From Planktothrix sp. GU0601_MAG3 (lineage in GTDB: Bacteria; Cyanobacteriota; Cyanobacteriia; Cyanobacteriales; Microcoleaceae), in NCBI GenBank assembly GCA_035193785.1, contig CP136572.1, positions 192,001 through 256,000 on the forward strand: DNA of 64,000 nt, in the 5' to 3' direction. Shown one piece after another: positions 61,813 to 64,000 of the stretch (positions are counted from its first letter, which is position 1; each line of letters begins with the position of its first letter). A program made the translations under genes and the position numbers. The notes under the pieces were generated by a model, which was given only the letters and a program-made list of their open reading frames with translations, was not told the DNA's origin and ran no database searches.

Positions 61813-62544
61813 TCAATTAACTTTAGGTAATTCTTTAACAGCTTTCATAAATGGGGCTTCCAAACCCTCTGGCAAATTATGAAAGTTTAAACCCATTGTC
61901 TGGAAAAAATCTTTGGTGAAAGCTACAGAATACTTAATTGTCCAAAAAGCACAACCGTATCCTAAGCACCGCTCTGGAAAAAAAGAATTACTTGGGCTAG
62001 TTAAGAAAGGGTTTAATTGTATTTTTTTGTCTTTATCCAGAAATTTTTCTAATTTGTCCTCCCAGGTTTTTTTGTTATTGTTAGTGGGATCTTCATTTTC
62101 TTCTTCAATCTCTATGATCTTTTGATGATAATGGACAATCTCATTGCGTAATGGAATTAAGTATTGAACTGATTGATAAGGTTCTTTTCCTTTATCAAAC
62201 TGTTTGTCTGCTAAAATTAAAGCAATTTCGTACTTATCAAGTATAGAATTTTTTTCTATGTGTTCCCACATATCCTTCATTCTATCAGGTGTACCGTTTG
62301 GTAAATGTTCGACTTTAACCTCCTTAGAGCGATTTGCTACATCAAAAAATAGTTCATTGATTGTAGCTTCCAGATAAGATACAGCAGTTATTATAGAGCC
62401 TATTGAATAAGCACTATGTTTTTGAATTATTTCATCGTTAAGATCTTTGCCAGTGTATTCTTTCTCAAGATCATAGGTTGATTTGGCAAAAAAACAAGCT
62501 GCCTGAATGTGAGTAAGAGATAAGAAGATTTTTTGTTCAGCCAT
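61813..62544 (-). CDS. Putative HEPN-domain protein
   Basis: LEATINE upstream acidic motif and RNEIVH (R-x4-H). Confidence 0.6.
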   Translation of the reverse strand: MAEQKIFLSLTHIQAACFFAKSTYDLEKEYTGKDLNDEIIQKHSAYSIGSIITAVSYLEATINELFFDVANRSKEVKVEHLPNGTPDRMKDMWEHIEKNSILDKYEIALILADKQFDKGKEPYQSVQYLIPLRNEIVHYHQKIIEIEEENEDPTNNNKKTWEDKLEKFLDKDKKIQLNPFLTSPSNSFFPERCLGYGCAFWTIKYSVAFTKDFFQTMGLNFHNLPEGLEAPFMKAVKELPKVN

Positions 62545-62661
62545 ATTGTTGTTTTATCCTCAATTCACACTATTAAAAACAGGGTTGAAAAAACCAGAGT
62601 CAATGAATCACCGGCATGAGCATTGAACCAAAACTAGCATAACATTTATTTAGATGCTGTG

Positions 62662-64000
62662 CTAGACAGTAAATAAATTTTCGCTTGGTGTATCTTTACG
62701 AAATGCAAATTTGCAGCTTTGTCCTGAATCAAACTTAATCTGAACAATAGTTGCTGTTTGATCTTTACTCAATAGAGATTGTTGATCTATGGTAGTAATA
62801 ACTCCAGTCCCAAGACGACGATGAACTACTCGCAGATCAGGTTCTACTATTTTACGCGAAAGTGGTTTTCCTAACTTGATTCCAAGTGTTCCAGAACGGA
62901 TTTTTAGAGAGTCAGGTTCACCAACTGCAATACTGGCTAAGTGTTCACCAAGACGGATTAAAAAAGAATTGTCTTGAACTTGCAATCGCCATTTTTCAGG
63001 AATTGCATTTAACCCAAAAGCTGCACCGCCTAAACCACCAACAAAAGCAGCAATAGAATCTGTATCACTTCCAATCATGTTAGCAGCGATAATAATATTG
63101 TCTGAAGTAGCTTCGGGTTGATAGGCAAATAAATAAATCCCCGCGATCGCAGTCGCCAGTCCAGAACCTTTTGTTTTATAATCAAAACATCCTAATTGTC
63201 TTAATACACTTTCTGGTTTTTCTTTGTCTCGTAATGCTTTCCAAACAAGCCGTAACTGTTCGATAGCCTCTTGCTTGGTGTTAGCAAAAACCTGATCAAA
63301 AGTCTCTAATCTTCCCTTATTCCATTCTGATAACCAAGTTTTTAAGCCAGAGATTTGTGGAATTTCTAACTCTTTGACCCAGTTACCCAGAGTTTCAATA
63401 AATTCTTGACCGTTGATAGGTTCAGACTCCTGTAAAACGGTGTATAACGCATAGCCATATAGGATCGCGCCGATGATCGCTCTCGGATGTCCATGACTAA
63501 TAATTGAGTTACGCCAAATGTCAGCCTCTGCCTGCGTCCAACGTCCCGCATTGGCTAAAACATGAGGTGATATCCGCATCGCTGCTCCATTCGCACCCCC
63601 ATCGCGGTAGTCCATTGTTTCCCTCTTTCATTTTTCGGCTGAAAAAGTTACTATTCCAATCTGCTGATTTACGCTGTATTTTTTGTGCCGCTTCTTTAAC
63701 AGTGCCACCTGCACCCCGCGCATACTCTAACCACAGAGGATATTCCAGATCACAAAAACTACGATAGTCAAAGCACCCATTGGGTGAAATACAAGCGGCT
63801 GTGCAAATTGTTAACTGCGTATCATCGGAATAGTCTCCGGCTTCAATATAATCTTCATATCCTTGAAAACGTCCACCGACTTGTTTACTCCAAGACTGAT
63901 ATTCAGTAACCCGATCAACTTTCATTTTGCGTTTGAGATCATCTGGTGATCTAATAAATTCAGTCATCCATCCCAGTGCATCCCCCGCCGCCGCCGCAAG
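62662..64000 (-). CDS. ADP-ribosylglycohydrolase family protein (starts beyond right edge; apparent frameshift at 63617-63621)
   Basis: GDALGW, YSDDTQL, ANGAAMR, SHGHP, GSDTDSIAA. Confidence 0.9.

Overview
Cyanobacterial chromosome segment. Abundant HIP1 (GCGATCGC), heptamer STRR repeats, GTAG-type REP hairpins and NtcA boxes suggest a filamentous Oscillatoriales/Planktothrix-like host (inference). Most genes are housekeeping (urtA, leuS, petH, pnp, hom, gloA, pyrF, crtH, ilvN, psbQ, pirA, aminotransferase, pepN, sigA). Accessory modules: (1) a ~1450-aa RTX/Calx-beta surface protein; (2) an ABC-ATPase + PD-(D/E)xK-like gene pair; (3) an orphan 19-repeat CRISPR array with leader promoter, followed by two unknown genes; (4) a sigma factor / DUF1822 / CHAT-CHASE2 / DUF928 operon divergent from an exported TPR-CHAT protease; (5) a defence island after sigA with a non-canonical Zorya module (zorA-zorB-zorC-like, no zorD/E, preceded by an unknown gene and a YodL-like lipoprotein), HicAB, a HEPN protein and an ADP-ribosylglycohydrolase. 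Window-wide signal: 24 of the 25 frameshifts I found are repaired by removing extra base(s) at GAAAC/GTTTC (GAAC/GTTC). These are motif-specific sequencing errors rather than pseudogenes, and they point to a DNA modification on GAAC/GTTC, the known Dnd phosphorothioation motif. Gene coordinates span the repaired frames. Family calls come from motif recognition only; no database searches were run.
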